A stretch of DNA of 64,000 nt from Bigelowiella natans CCMP2755 (Eukaryota > Protista > Cercozoa): assembly GCA_000320545.1 (NCBI GenBank), contig ADNK01002347.1, positions 16,280-80,279 on the forward strand. The letters are read 5' to 3'. Numbering within the stretch: the first letter of the stretch is position 1; every line of letters begins with the position of its first letter. Shown here one piece after another: positions 25,164 to 37,973 of the stretch. Under the pieces are notes generated by a model. It searched no databases. It worked only from the letters and a program-made list of their open reading frames with translations, and was not told where the DNA came from. Position numbers and translations under genes: made by a program.

Positions 25164-26292
25164 ATGTCTTCTGACACCCTCACGACCCTTGCCAGCAGCA
25201 ACACCTTCAAAGCAATATGCGGCAACGACCTTCCCTGTCTGAAGCGTTTAATTGGGGAAAACGCAAATGTTGAGGAACGAGGCCCTCTCGGTGGGTAGCA
25301 GCTGCAGCATCAACATTGTCGCGTCAGTAGTTGGAGTGTTGAGTGATTGATAGCACATGCAGTGTTGGATGTCAGGTTGAACGTTTAGAAAAATGTTAGC
25401 AGCAGCAGTGGAAACAGAAGTAGAAAGTAGCATTGACAATGGGTTTGGTGACACTGATGGTAGCAGAAGTAGTGAGAGAGAGCGCCATTTCTATAGATGT
25501 GTGTTGTGATTTGTCTTGGGAAGGAAACGTCCGGCGGTTGTAATTTCATGTTTTGAAGACATTTGTTGAGGATGCACCGTCATCATTTGGAATATTGACA
25601 CTCAAAATTGTAAAAATGCAAAGATGTGGTCGATTTGCCATTAGGTGATACTCTGTTAATCGCGGGTTCAAGGGAGGGTCATTTCGAGATCGTGAAGTAC
25701 CTGGTTGACATGAAGGCAAACATTGAGGCGGAAAACGAAGAAGGTGGGTGCCAATGCTAGCATTGAGGGAGCTATTGTAGAAGATGTTACATTGTTTGAA
25801 ATGACCACATCACCCCACATCAGGTGATACTCCCTTGACAATGGGTTCCAGAAAGGGCAAATTGGAGATCGTAAAGTACCTGGTTGACATGAAGGCAAAC
25901 ATTGAGGCGAAAGACCGTGGCGGTGGGTACTAATGCTAGCATTGAGGGAGCCATTGTAGAAGAAATTACCTGAATTTAAATGACTACATCACGATACATT
26001 AGGTAACACTCCCTTGATAATGGGTTCCATAAAGGGCAAATTGGAGATCGTGAAGTACCTTGTTGACATGAAGGCAAACATTGAGGCCAAAAGCAGAAAT
26101 GGGCACACTCCCTACGACTTGACGAACCATGACGAAATCAAAGTGTTCATCAAACAAAATTGCATTGAGCGACGGGTTCAGGTGTTCAAAAGAGACTTGA
26201 GGGATTTGCACATGTTGAGCACGGAATTGAAGCGAGGGTTGGGGGCGGCAGTGGTCGCCATGACCACGAAAAAACAGATGCACAAGAGTTGA
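25164..26292 (+). CDS. Ankyrin-repeat protein (4 exons) inside a TpA-depleted patch; may be a decaying or hypermutated copy
   Basis: Exons 25164-25290, 25645-25743, 25824-25922 and 26003-26292, all phase-1 GT-AG. Repeats GDTLLIAGSREGHFEIVKYLVDMKANIEAENEE / GDTPLTMGSRKGKLEIVKYLVDMKANIEAKDRG / GNTPLIMGSIKGKLEIVKYLVDMKANIEAKSRN. Confidence 0.85.
25645..26101 (+). repeat. 179-bp tandem repeat (99-bp ankyrin exon + 80-bp intron), about 2.5 copies
   Basis: Units start at 25645, 25824 and 26003. Introns 25744-25823 and 25923-26002 align over their whole length. Confidence 0.95.
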
Positions 26293-26918
26293 TGTGCCAT
26301 CTGCACAGTGGGCGATCTCGGAAGCTTCACGTTGTCCCGTGGTCAATGTGTAGTAATCATGTGGAACACGCAACAATTGACACACGTGGTGTCGTGAAAT
26401 GTGAGACATGGACCATCTCCTCCAGCAGCGGCAGCTAGGCAGTGATGGTGGACAGACAGATGCCAGAGATTCAGGGATGCCGTGCCATCTAGCAAGCAGA
26501 CTGTCCGGCATGTGCACATGAATGCTGATTTCAAATGCATGATGATGGACACCTGTCCATGAAGACAAACGACTGTGTGCAAATTTAGAAATGTAGCAAA
26601 TGCTAGGCCAGCCATGCAAATGCTAAGACGACAATGGAATAGCCTTTCTAGCTTTGTTTAATACTTAAGCGCACATGCTCTGGAATGGTTTACATCATGA
26701 TCGTTTTTCGCATTGCGATGATCATGCAAAGCGACTGCACGTACTGAGCTACATGAATCTAGTACGAGATTGCCATTAATCTAGAAATGCAAAGGTGTCT
26801 TACTAATAGGTCTAAATTCTACTGCAATTGCTATGAAAAGGTGAAGATAATATACACAGCAATAATGAAGTTGAAATAGTGCTGGGCGCTCTTGCTTGTT
26901 GTTATTAGGAGGAGCTCG

Positions 26919-28690
26919 TCATTCATCCTCATCGTCAACGATTTCCAAGCTCTCTTGCGAGTCAACTCGTCTCCATCCTTTTTTTCTATCGCCATGCCCT
27001 CTAAAGATGAGAAGACAAGGATGGGACGTCCGTGCATACACAATATGTTTTGTATGAGTGACATGTGTGAGTGTGGAAATATCTTGTGTGCGATCTTGAC
27101 GTACATGTCTTCCAAAGAGATCGACGATTCCTGGCTCTCTTTTGACTCCCTCACATCGCTACCACCACAATCACCACCTAATGAACAACAAGGCAAAATA
27201 AGTCAATCAAACATCCATCGAGCTCTTGTTATCCATCACTGCGCTTGCTAGCTAGTATCTCTCCTCACCCCCCCTTCCCCACCACTTTCGTCTGCAATTT
27301 GTACCGTTTCGCTCGGATATAGCGCGAGCGTCATCGGTGGGGGTACCCTACAACACATTGCAATATCATTATATATCTAACGACGACATTGGAAGATCTG
27401 CATTGAAAACAGCATATCCTGATGAGATAAATTTTCCTGCAATATTTTATATTGATGACGCGCCCAACCCACCCCCCTCCCCTCGTCTCTCCTCCTCTCT
27501 TTTCGCTTAGCTAACTCCTCTGACCTTGGGCACAAGTTGATGGACAAATAGTATAGGAATAAACCGCGTTAAAGACCTGAAACATTGAATATAAATCCGT
27601 GTACAGAAGGACGCCTGGATTGCATCTAGCTAGCTTCTACGATGCTGCGGGTTGCTACTACACTGGTGAATGTGCGCAACCTCAGCAGCACAAACCATTG
27701 TAGGTTCTTAAACTCAGGGCCTTCAATGCTGACGATAACAACAACAACAACAACAACAACCATCAAAACCACACCACGACGTGATTGTCGGATTACACCG
27801 CTACGCCTTTATTATCTTCATGAGCATGCGGCAGACATGATACGCTAAAGACAGACCCTCCAAACATCTCCAGGCAAAATACTCCAAGGTAACGTCCTGT
27901 AAGCATGAAGGGCGAGAAGGGGGCAGGACGAGGAGGAGGGGTGGGGGGTAGAGGAAGAATTACTTAGTCTTCAAACTCATCGCTTGAGCATACAAGCTTT
28001 GTGCTTCATCATACCGACAGAAACGCCGAAGTTGGAAAGTCCCATATTCAAAGCAAATAATGTAGCCTCCACGCCAGGGGGGCACAGCTGAGCACCACAA
28101 CGATTGATGCATATATTATTTAACGAATTCATCGACTTATGGTTTTAAGGATGCAAGCACATATTTACTAAAATTAAGGCACCTTCGCTGAGAGAATCAA
28201 CATTGGCATTAAGGCCAGACGCATTAAGATCGGACCGAACACCTGGAGAAATAGTGAAGAAGGACAAGGATGATAATGGTGATTATGAGAAGAAGAAGGA
28301 GAAGAAGGTGATGATGATGATGAAGAAGAAGACGAGTAACACAACAACGAATGAGGGGCTGTACTGCGAAACTTGGATTTTCGCACTGTTCGATGGCGTT
28401 CTCCATTATTATCCTTTCTAGAGTCACTTTGATGGTCTCCATTTGTCATCATCATCTTCATCATCATCATCATCATCATCAATAATGTCGTCATCACCAT
28501 CGCCATCATCATCATCATCATTAACCATAATCTCTCTTGCACTTAAGTACCTCCTCTCCGAAGAGAAACAGCTACAAATAATGGCGGCGATGATGTTGGT
28601 GATGACGAGACGGAGGAGCAGGCGCGTGTGTATGCATCCATAGTAGTGGATAAACAAGGGGGGGGGGATTAATATCAGCTTGATCGTATT

Positions 28691-28732
<42 letters not shown>

Positions 28733-28789
28733 GCGTAAAGATGCAAAGATGCAAAGAGGGACTGGGCATGTTTGTAGCGAGTACTACTA

Positions 28790-28824
<35 letters not shown>

Positions 28825-31200
28825 GATACTACTACTGTGACCACCTTATCACTTATTCCAAGTTTCACGTTGAGTCTCGTCACCTGATGAAACAGGCAGA
28901 GGAGGGCATAGAATATTGATTGATTGATTGGTTGGTGCTAGGAAGGGTTATCACTTTGGAATAACGATGATAGAGATCACGATGATGATGATGATGATGA
29001 CCAAGATGATAATCATGATATCAAGACAGAATACTTACGAATAACTAACCCATATTAAATCGAGAAGGTTAAATCCCACCAGCAGAACCTAAGCGAGGAG
29101 AAGCAAAACTCACTCACATCAACCTCACATCAGTAGCGCCAATCGTGCGGAAACATACAAAAACGGCATTGTAAGAGGAAAAGGAAGAAGAAGAAGAAGA
29201 AGAAGAAGAAGAAGAAGGAGAAAGATATGCAGCCCTGTCCCCTGAGGACCCCCCACCCCATTCTCCTCACACACCTGCGCAAGAATGAATATTCCTCTAT
29301 ATGTCCACTTGGAGAAAAACTTTTGGTAGACGATGGTACCGCACAGCAGAAATACATAGCTGGGGGAAGAAGACAGCAAAGCGTAAGACGTTGACGTGAA
29401 ATAAATCATAGTTATCGAAATCGATTCGTACATAAGTGATTGTCCTTTTTCACGTCGGTTATTGTTCCCATAGCATTTATTATAAGTACGATGATGCTAT
29501 TTGTCGGTGTTAAGCTTACGCGACGGCGTCCATCAACCCGATGAACTCGGGATCTAAACAAGGGTATCTGCAAATTGAAACAAAAGGAGGAGGAGGAGGA
29601 GGAGGAGGAGAGGAGGAGGGGGGGGGGGGGGGGGGATGCGAAAATATTGCTTTAGTTTGAGAGAACGCTTTTCATCTTTGGTTAGGTTCGGCTAAAAAAA
29701 ATTGTGAGGAAGCTTGCAGCAGCAAACCCCTTCTTGCAGTTCTCCTCCGTACGTCGATACCAGTAGAACAACACGCTGATTTTCAATTAGTAATGAAGGA
29801 GGGGGGGGTTAGAAATGTATTGTGATGTGTGACACTTATCTCATACTTGTACGTGACTAGTAGGAAAGGAGAGATGGCGTACAACGACGCTACCTACTCG
29901 GCGCATTTAGCAAGATGATACGTCGAGAAATTTTCCCCGAGAGAAAAATCCTCCCCTCCCCACCCCTTCCTCATCGTCAATACCTAGTGGAAGGCTGCAA
30001 TGCCTCTCGCAGAAATATGAAAGTAGAAGCTTTTGCAAGAACCTTGCAAGATATAGATAAGTGTGGGGAGAGATTTGGCTCGTGTTGTGCTGCTTGTTGT
30101 TTGCTATATCTTTAAAACGCGAGCAATGGGATTAAGGAGAAGAAATCTCTCTTTTTTGAAGGTGATGCAAAACGACATGACGATGATGATGATGATGGTG
30201 ATGATGATGGGGAGGAGGATATGTTAATAATACTGGGGAGACGCGACGTAAGAATAGCCAGACGGCAGGGGCGACTGGTAAGATAAACAGCAATATCGAC
30301 CACAAACAAGCAAAAAATGAGGAAGAAGGTGGTAAAAACATATATGAGACTTTAAACATCTACTTCAATTTCTTCTTCCCTTCACCTTTCTCATAATTAA
30401 TCCAACCACATTATTATTATTCCTTGTAATTCTATCGATGTCAATCATCATCTTCATCATCATCAATCATCGCCATCAACCTACACACACTGCACAAGCC
30501 AACGTGAGAGATCCGTTGATAACATCGGAGTTGTGACTTGTTTCCAACACGGCCAAGAGCCTGTATATAGTGCTTATACAGTTACTACTACTATTACAAT
30601 GAGGTGCAAATCCAAACAAAATGGCTAATAATAACAACAATGACAATAACAATAACAATAATATTTATACTCTTAGACGTTTACCCGAGAAATACGGAGC
30701 AGATAGACACGGCTATGGCAGTGTAGAATACCCACTTTCCCACAGGATTACGAAACCCCTTCGATCATTTGGCGTTCGCCACCGTTCGCAGGTTGAAGAG
30801 TGTATATTGAAGGAAACATGAAAGAAGCAGCCAAGAACCAATCAATTCATCAACGAAAGAGGCGTATCTACCACACAGCCGAAGGCTACACTAACACACA
30901 CAAAAACGTCCTCTTGCCCCTAGATGCTGCCTCACCTCTTTAATATTATCCCATCCTCGGTTTCTCTTGTGGGGAGGCTCGCGTTGTTCCTGCCACTCCC
31001 CCCCCCTGCAGGTATAGCGATGGACACTGGAAGATACCCACACACACAAACACACACAAGCCACCACTCTCCAACACAACCACTGCTGGAGGAGGAGGAG
31101 GAGGAGGAGGAATGCGTAAAATATTTAAATGATTTAATTAATTTGCATTGTATTCTCCTCTCGCCCTTCAATTTCAGACGTGTATGTGTAAGAGAGTGTC

Positions 31201-31242
<42 letters not shown>

Positions 31243-31380
31243 TGTGATATTAATCGATGTGTAAGAGTGTGATATAATCGATGACTACAGCATATACAAT
31301 TGAGATGTTTTTCTTAAATTACGTCCAGTGAAGGCGTTGAGGCCGAAGATTTGGCGGTCCCCTATCTTGGCCTTTGTTAC

Positions 31381-31419
<39 letters not shown>

Positions 31420-32357
31420 ATGATGAGTGGAAACGGTGATATTACTACTATTTACCTCTCTCTTTCTCTGCGCGTATTCACACACACACACACACTCGCG
31501 CACACGCACACTTAAAAGTAGTACCTGCATAGAACCTACAGTAACTGCTGCTAGCAGCCCTGGTGATGATTATGATGATGATAAGGATGATGATGATAAG
31601 GATGATGATGATAAGGATGATGATGATAAGGATGATGATGATAAGGATGATGATGATAAGGATGATGGTGGTGTTGATGACAATGACCTCCTATCGATAA
31701 TGCACCCCAACAGAGAGCTCTTAGAATCGTTATGGCACAAAAAGGAGGGGGGGGGGGGGAGATGGTTAAGAATAATTAACGAGAATCAGAGAAATCAATT
31801 AAGACGTGATGTATATGAAGGTATTTGTGATGTGATTTGAAAATGCAATAGAGTTTCTAATGATGGAGGATGGATGCTAAGTTGTACAAAGTTCTTGGTG
31901 CTGACTTACTGCATATCAGGTGCAAGTTCGGGGTGTGTTTTAGCTCTCTCTGCAACCTGATGAGTAGCAGGGATAAAATGGAAAAGGGGGGGAGGGGGGG
32001 GAAGGGTGATGGGATGAGACGGTAGAACAAAAGAAAGGGGGGAGGGGGGGGAGATATTCTAGGAATGAGCGCGACTCAAGCCCTGAAAAAGATTGGATCA
32101 GGAGTCACGTAGAAAGCAGTAGTGATACTGCTGCTGCTTCTTCTTCTTCTTCTGCTGCTGCTGCTCTTTGTGATTACAGCAAGGGTATAGATCAGATGTC
32201 TATTCATCTCGCTGAGGAGTCGTGTTCATGGCGCATGACCGTCGGATTTTGGTTTTTTTTGGTTTTGAGTTTATGTTACCTTTTGGAGGGCTACTCGAGA
32301 ATGAAAAACAGTAGTTCCAACACTCTTGCTACTATTACTACTACTACTACTTGTTCT

Positions 32358-32396
<39 letters not shown>

Positions 32397-32888
32397 GCAG
32401 CGTCCACAGCAACGTCAGGTGATGCAATACCGTAGTTTGCTGCGGATATCATAACAAGTAGAAGGCGTACATAATACATCCCATTATATCGAGGACAGTG
32501 GTATAATACGATAGCATCAATATCGATGTTTACTCCTTCGATGACATTTATATGCTCGTGAAACTCGACGATGATATGCTACCTATGATCAGGAAGAAAA
32601 CAGCAGCTATTGGGGTCATTGGGACCAGAAACAATGCCCCCCAGGAAAGCATACCTACTCGAAAACAGTTGTTGACGTTTTGTTCTTTGCGAGAGGATTT
32701 ATGGTGGGAGGGAGGGGGGGGGCGGGTTCCTGCCTTGATGATAATTGCAACGACGAAGATGACGGTGATGATGGTGATGATGATGGTAATGATGCAGCAG
32801 AACCTACAACTCCGGCTATGAGAATATACGGTGTCCTATGCCAGCCCTGTCAAAAATAGCTGCTGCGATCAAAATAACCTCCACACAT

Positions 32889-32925
<37 letters not shown>

Positions 32926-34690
32926 CATGCATGCATGCATGCACGCAAGCAGCAAAAGCACAGCCAATATGACTGAAAAAGATATCGAAAATTTGAAATA
33001 AACGCGCCTCCCTCCCTGCTACGTGGTCAACACGCACGCAGAAAACATAATGATATCAGGTATTGCTCGCAGCTAGATTCTTCGCATATTTGCCAATAAA
33101 TAATACCATGATAGGGATCATATCCTGCATCATTCCGTACAAAGCCTATGTGTTGCGAGACCGATGAGAGAATTAATGACATGCTACCACCGCGTTAGTT
33201 GTATATTATCAGTGCTGCCTTTATTTGCCACGGGAGAATCACGAAACCTGGCGAAACAGCACAGCAGCGTGGTATAGATGATAATTATGTACAGAATCAA
33301 AATCATGATTTCTAACTAACATTGTTTGGCTCATATGTCGGCTTTTAGAAAGGAGCTGTCAAGTGCTAAATTATGATGCAGCATCAGCAGCAGTAGCAGC
33401 ACCTCGTAAAGCGGCTGCTCTGGCTGGTGAGACTTTAAGCGTATCAGCAAAGTAGTATTTCATCGCGAAAGTTCCCCACTCCACACCAATACCCTGCATT
33501 AATGATTGTGTTTCATGGTAGATATAAAGAACTCCTTTCTCTTTGATGTAATTTTACCCCCCCCCCCCCCCCCACACAAATACTACATTGATGAGGATGG
33601 TGACGAGAAGAGGTTCAGTTTTCATGAGAAGCACCTGATTGGCTCCGTAGGTAGCGCAGCAGATGAAGATAAATTTCCAGCCAAAAGCATCAGAGAGGCG
33701 TCGTATGTACATGCTGATTATACCGTTGCCTTATCAGGTTTTCCCGGACATATTGCTTCTATAGTTCGTGTAAAGTAGGGATTCTATAGGTGCCTCGTAA
33801 TGCTAGCAATTTTTACGATAGTCGAAGATGAGCGTGTGTGACCGCAGCAGCAGCAGTAGGAAAAATCACTATGATTACCAAAATTGACACGGATAGTAGA
33901 GCAGATACTCATGGCAACGACGCGGAGAGGACATCTTTGGTGATAGCAAAGAACATACAAGCAGCAGCAGTTTCAGAAAGTGTAGTTAGATTCTGGAAAA
34001 TCCCAAGTTTACAGCTACGCATGGACACGAAGTCACGAAATATATCACATCGGAACGTCTGCACAACACCGCACACTCTACACCCCAAACGCTGCTACGA
34101 CAACTCTTTTTTTTTTTAAATGCTACCGTGAATCTATCCGGGATATCGTCGTTGTTGAAGCGATCCAACGACTGCTGGCTCTGAATTCAGGCATGCAACA
34201 GTCGCTCCGTTGTGAGATGTAGGAACAGTGATGATGATGACGACTAGATTGATTATTAACCTACCACATCCACTTCTTGCAGAAGATTTTCTGTGTCTTC
34301 GGGCGCTATCTGCATATCAGCAAGCCCCCCATCTTGCCCACCATGAAGCACGCGTGCGACAATTTCATCATCACGAGTCTTGTCTGAGCCTCGAAACGAA
34401 TCCGCTTTGCTGCCTTGGCCAACCAACTGATGAGCCTCTGAACACATCAAGTCGAAACAAGAACAGGCACTGAAAACGATCGCCACAGCGATTGACAAAT
34501 AACCGAGCAACCTTCGTTCATTGCCAGTGGCCGAAGAGCTTGCTATCCGTGGTGGCAAAGGCTGTGTGATTCCTCGTCCTTGAAGGAGGCCAAATGTGCC
34601 GCTTAGCAGGAGCACATTGATCCTTCCATAACTGGTGACTGCTCTGTCTTCTTTTACCGCCGGAGACATGCTAAGAAACATTGTCGCATG
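26919..34690 (-). CDS. BT1-family folate/biopterin transporter (MFS), more than 20 small exons
   Basis: Ordered BT1 motifs across exons: RLSDAFGWKF...YGANQGIG, LPWQIK|ALYGMMQDMIPIMGWHRTPY, ANYGIASPDVAVDAAVAERAK, FIFLREALQPS, LFYWY, LLDLIWVTRLNVKLGISDKLFLFGEE, LMPMLILSAKLCPPGVEATLFALNMGLSNFG, PEFKNL. The 5' end is approximate. Confidence 0.9.
31571..31660. repeat. 15-bp minisatellite (GATGATGATGATAAG)x6 in a BT1 intron
   Basis: Directly visible tandem array lying between BT1 exons on the minus strand. Confidence 0.9.
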
Positions 34691-35018
34691 CAAGGAAACC
34701 CAATGATTCGTTCAGCAAACTTGGGCGACCAGTGGAAAGGCACTCAAAAATCATGTGCGACATCAACGTGGACGGGAAATTATCTAGATTACCCCCCGCT
34801 CACAACCCAGTCGACACGTGCAAATGGCCTGTAAATTTTCCATTCGGGATGCTTCGAACGCACTGAGCATCAAAGGCGGATTTGGCGCTAAAAAGCGCAT
34901 TAATTTCCAAGACGCACGGGAAAAACGGATAGCATTATTTACCTAAAAAGTACCGAGAATAAATACCAAGTCGTACACGAACACCCGAACACCACGCCCT
35001 CATAGCCGTAGGTCAACG

Positions 35019-35303
35019 ATGGTGCTTTGGCTGCCGATCTTCCTTCTCATTCTCGTCGTCGCCCGTGATTCGCACGCTATCTCATGTGAAACTGAGGCGC
35101 TATCTTTCCAGAATAGCGCATGTTTGAGGTCAGAACCTTGCATATACCCCACTCGCTTGTGCAACAGAATGATAATACATAATGCTTCAGCTCAACGGTA
35201 CTGGAGAGCTTGGACATTAGAGCAGTTCCTCATAATGGTACAGTTGAAGTAATGTACGATTTCTATTACAGTGTTCCTTGGTCACCACTGTTTGTTTCCT
35301 CTG

Positions 35304-35350
<47 letters not shown>

Positions 35351-37192
35351 TGTTAATAAGTGAAACAAGTAAGCATCCCGAACAATTCTTATTTCAGAGC
35401 TTAAAGGAGAGAAAACTCTCATTCCAGCTTCGTTAGTAATGGAGATTCGTAATAAGACGGAAGACTTCTCTCAACAAGTCATGTCTCTCATAACGGGAAT
35501 AATCGCAAGAGAGGCGATGAAGTATGAATTCTGATGAACTCATCGATTATAACCAACACACAACGAAACTATCATTTCTCATCAACTTATAACTTTCACA
35601 CACAGTTACAAAATCGAGGTCGTGTGCGATCGTGACGTTGATAACGCAGAAGAACGAATCGCAACAGGGAAAACGACGTTATAGGGTTATACCAAACAGA
35701 ATAATGCCTGTGCGTCTCTGCGTGTTCTTACGTTTTAAAGCTGAGCTGGAATTACGATAAGGCGATGATAAATTGCAAATCTTGAGGATTGATGCCACAG
35801 AATGTGTATAGGCTCATATATCATAACAAAATATTCTAATGCACAAAGTGACAACAGTAGCGTTGAAAGGCGATCTATACTTAAAACGCAGTTGAATATG
35901 CTCTTGGGACTGGGTACGTATCAGCGAAGCAGTACTTTGATTCTATATCGGTGATGCTGAGGAGAATCTACGTCTCACAGAAGACCATCGACTGGTTTAT
36001 CATGAGCGGAAGGGGGGGGCGGCAATCTGCCTACACCACAGCATGTAGTTGGGTGGTAAACAACACCGATATCTGGACGCCATGGCTGTCAGCAACGTAT
36101 GAAGCGTATAGCAAGGAGATATGGAAGCTTTCTCCAGTATCCTCTGCCATCATCTCTATTCTCTCTGTTCTTGGTATCTTGCAGGGAGCTGTGTACGTCG
36201 TCTTATTCCTACTCTTCCGTGACCACGTTATGATCAAAGCAATCAGCGTTGAGCTGTCGTTGTTAATCATCGCATCGCTTCTGGTGCTCATGGGAAGTGC
36301 TTTTCTGTGGCTAGATAGCACTCCGAACATGGGGATTTGCACCGCGCGTCTCTTCATCCCAACTCTCTCGGTGACGATTGCCCTTTCCACCATTGGAGGG
36401 AAGACGTACCGCATCTATCGTATTTTCAATCAAACGACCGAGAGCCCTGATAAGCTATCGACGCGAGAAGTGCTCAAGCGCTACGTCGCCCCTCCTGTCT
36501 TGTTCATGCTGCTAGTGCTTGGATTGCTCCTTATCGAAGTCCTCGTGCTCTCTAGATTAGCTTATGCCGTTCGGAAGGTCCCATTAGCTCTGTACACGGC
36601 GACGATATCAGCTTTTATCGCTATTCCTCTTATCATGATTTGCTTCGCGCTCCGTGTCTATGACCCGACGCATATTTTGATTGCTTCGGTGTTGACCATT
36701 CCGCCCTCTTTCATGCTATTCTTCTTGTTCTTTCCCCGTTTGTGGAATGCTTGGAAAGGCGCTGAGGCGAGGGAGGCAAGCACAACCCTAAGCGACCAAA
36801 TCCAGCGTATGCGGGACAAAATCAGCAGTAAAAATGAGCAGAAGGTCGTTCGAATGAAGGCATCAGAAGGTCAACGTGCCTTGATAACCGAGGCAAGCTA
36901 CGATTACTCAGGGTATAAGCCAGGGTCGCTCATGAATGTCTCCATTCCAAAATCTATGCAAGTTCAGCCGAATACGGTCGAGAGAAGTAGCAAAAGCATG
37001 CGAGAAGAGGCGAAGACAACGGAGCATGCGAGAGAGGAGGCATTGTTGAACGAATTGTCCTCGGTACGAGGGGAGCTGAAGAACCTGAAGCAGGTACTCA
37101 AAGGGGAAATTGCATCTAAGGAAAAACTTGAGGCGATCATCGTTTCCTTCATGGAGAATAAACTGGAGAAAGAAGCCGATGAGAAGGAGTAA
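35019..37192 (+). pseudogene. Class C (GABA-B-like, 7tm_3) GPCR with signal peptide and shortened OpuAC/periplasmic-binding-like ectodomain; apparently internally deleted
   Basis: Signal peptide MVLWLPIFLLILVVARDSHA. Ectodomain pieces 'SQQVMSLITGIIAREAMNYKIEV...ERIATG' and 'AYTTACSWVVNNTDIWTPWL'. 7TM motifs 'FRDHVMIKAIS', 'ICTARLF', 'GKTYRIYRIF', 'LAYAVRKVP', 'LFFPRL'. C-terminal coiled coil. No clean splice path found across 35680-35950. Family call is strong; pseudogene status is uncertain. Confidence 0.65.
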
Positions 37193-37488
37193 GTTGTCGC
37201 ATCGTATATGGATCGCTCATCGTTAAAAAAAAGTAAGCTCTGCCAGCTCTATGTTAACGTATCACACAAGCAGTGCTCTTATAAGTTGAGGGTAGAAGTA
37301 GCACGTTAAGTTTGAATCATCTTGGGCCAAGATGTAATGAAAATACAGATATTTGAGAAAATTTTAGAGAGTCCAAAGTACGTGGTTAAGCTTGCGTATT
37401 TGCGAGTGAATGAGCGATATTAGATTCAAGGGCATGAATGGAAAATGCGGACACGTTCCAGCGCCAGTTACAGTGAATACAAAAGTGT

Positions 37489-37526
<38 letters not shown>

Positions 37527-37973
37527 ATTCTCATTGATGTTCTATTGCGCAGTACATGTGCATATATGAGGCCATTGTAATATGCATATACGAGCTTATC
37601 GATTGAAATGACGCAATAATTTTCGTGCAACTCCTGCTCCTGTGCTTGTGCATGCAGGAGGGTGCGGGTTATATGCGGGTAGCGACCGATCTGCGTCTCA
37701 TTAGACAGTATGTGTAGCATGCATCGCAGCGCATAAAGTGGGCCACATACCATGTGTGGAGTATATCTAGTGGATATACATCATGACAATACCCCATCTG
37801 TATTACATCTGTGGAAGCTACATTGGCTGCAACCCCGTGGGTATTGGAGTGGTAGCTCCAACTTCCTGGACCATCACGAAGATAATTTTACAGACGATGT
37901 TTGAAGCGAGAAAGTATATAAATTAGTGTCCCATAGTAATTAAATGCCTTGCATAGATGAAAGGAGAACTGTG

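Larger units (their letters stand above)
23900..26760. other. TpA-depleted, TpG/CpA-rich domain 1
   Basis: By manual count, no TA in 24051-24321 and 5 TA in 24481-24960, all preceded by C (CTAG/CTAC). CpG remains abundant. Confidence 0.85.

Noticed and set aside
24013-25174. Many overlapping C/H/M/V/A-rich ORFs (also 25999-26619 minus and 50097-51343 plus)
   Set aside because: Loss of TpA removes TAA/TAG stops in all frames and creates spurious open frames; no domain signal.
25645-26101. Regularly spaced repeats as a CRISPR array
   Set aside because: Whole 179-bp units are homologous (exon + intron), with no unique spacers and no cas genes, in a eukaryotic context.
23900-26760. TG/CA excess explained by CpG methylation decay or classical RIP
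   Set aside because: CpG is abundant and TpA is the missing dinucleotide; RIP would increase TpA.
31568-31660. DYDDDK(DDDDK)n ORF resembling a FLAG/enterokinase tag
   Set aside because: It is a GAT-derived minisatellite in an intron of the opposite-strand BT1 gene. It lacks DYKDDDDK and has no vector context.
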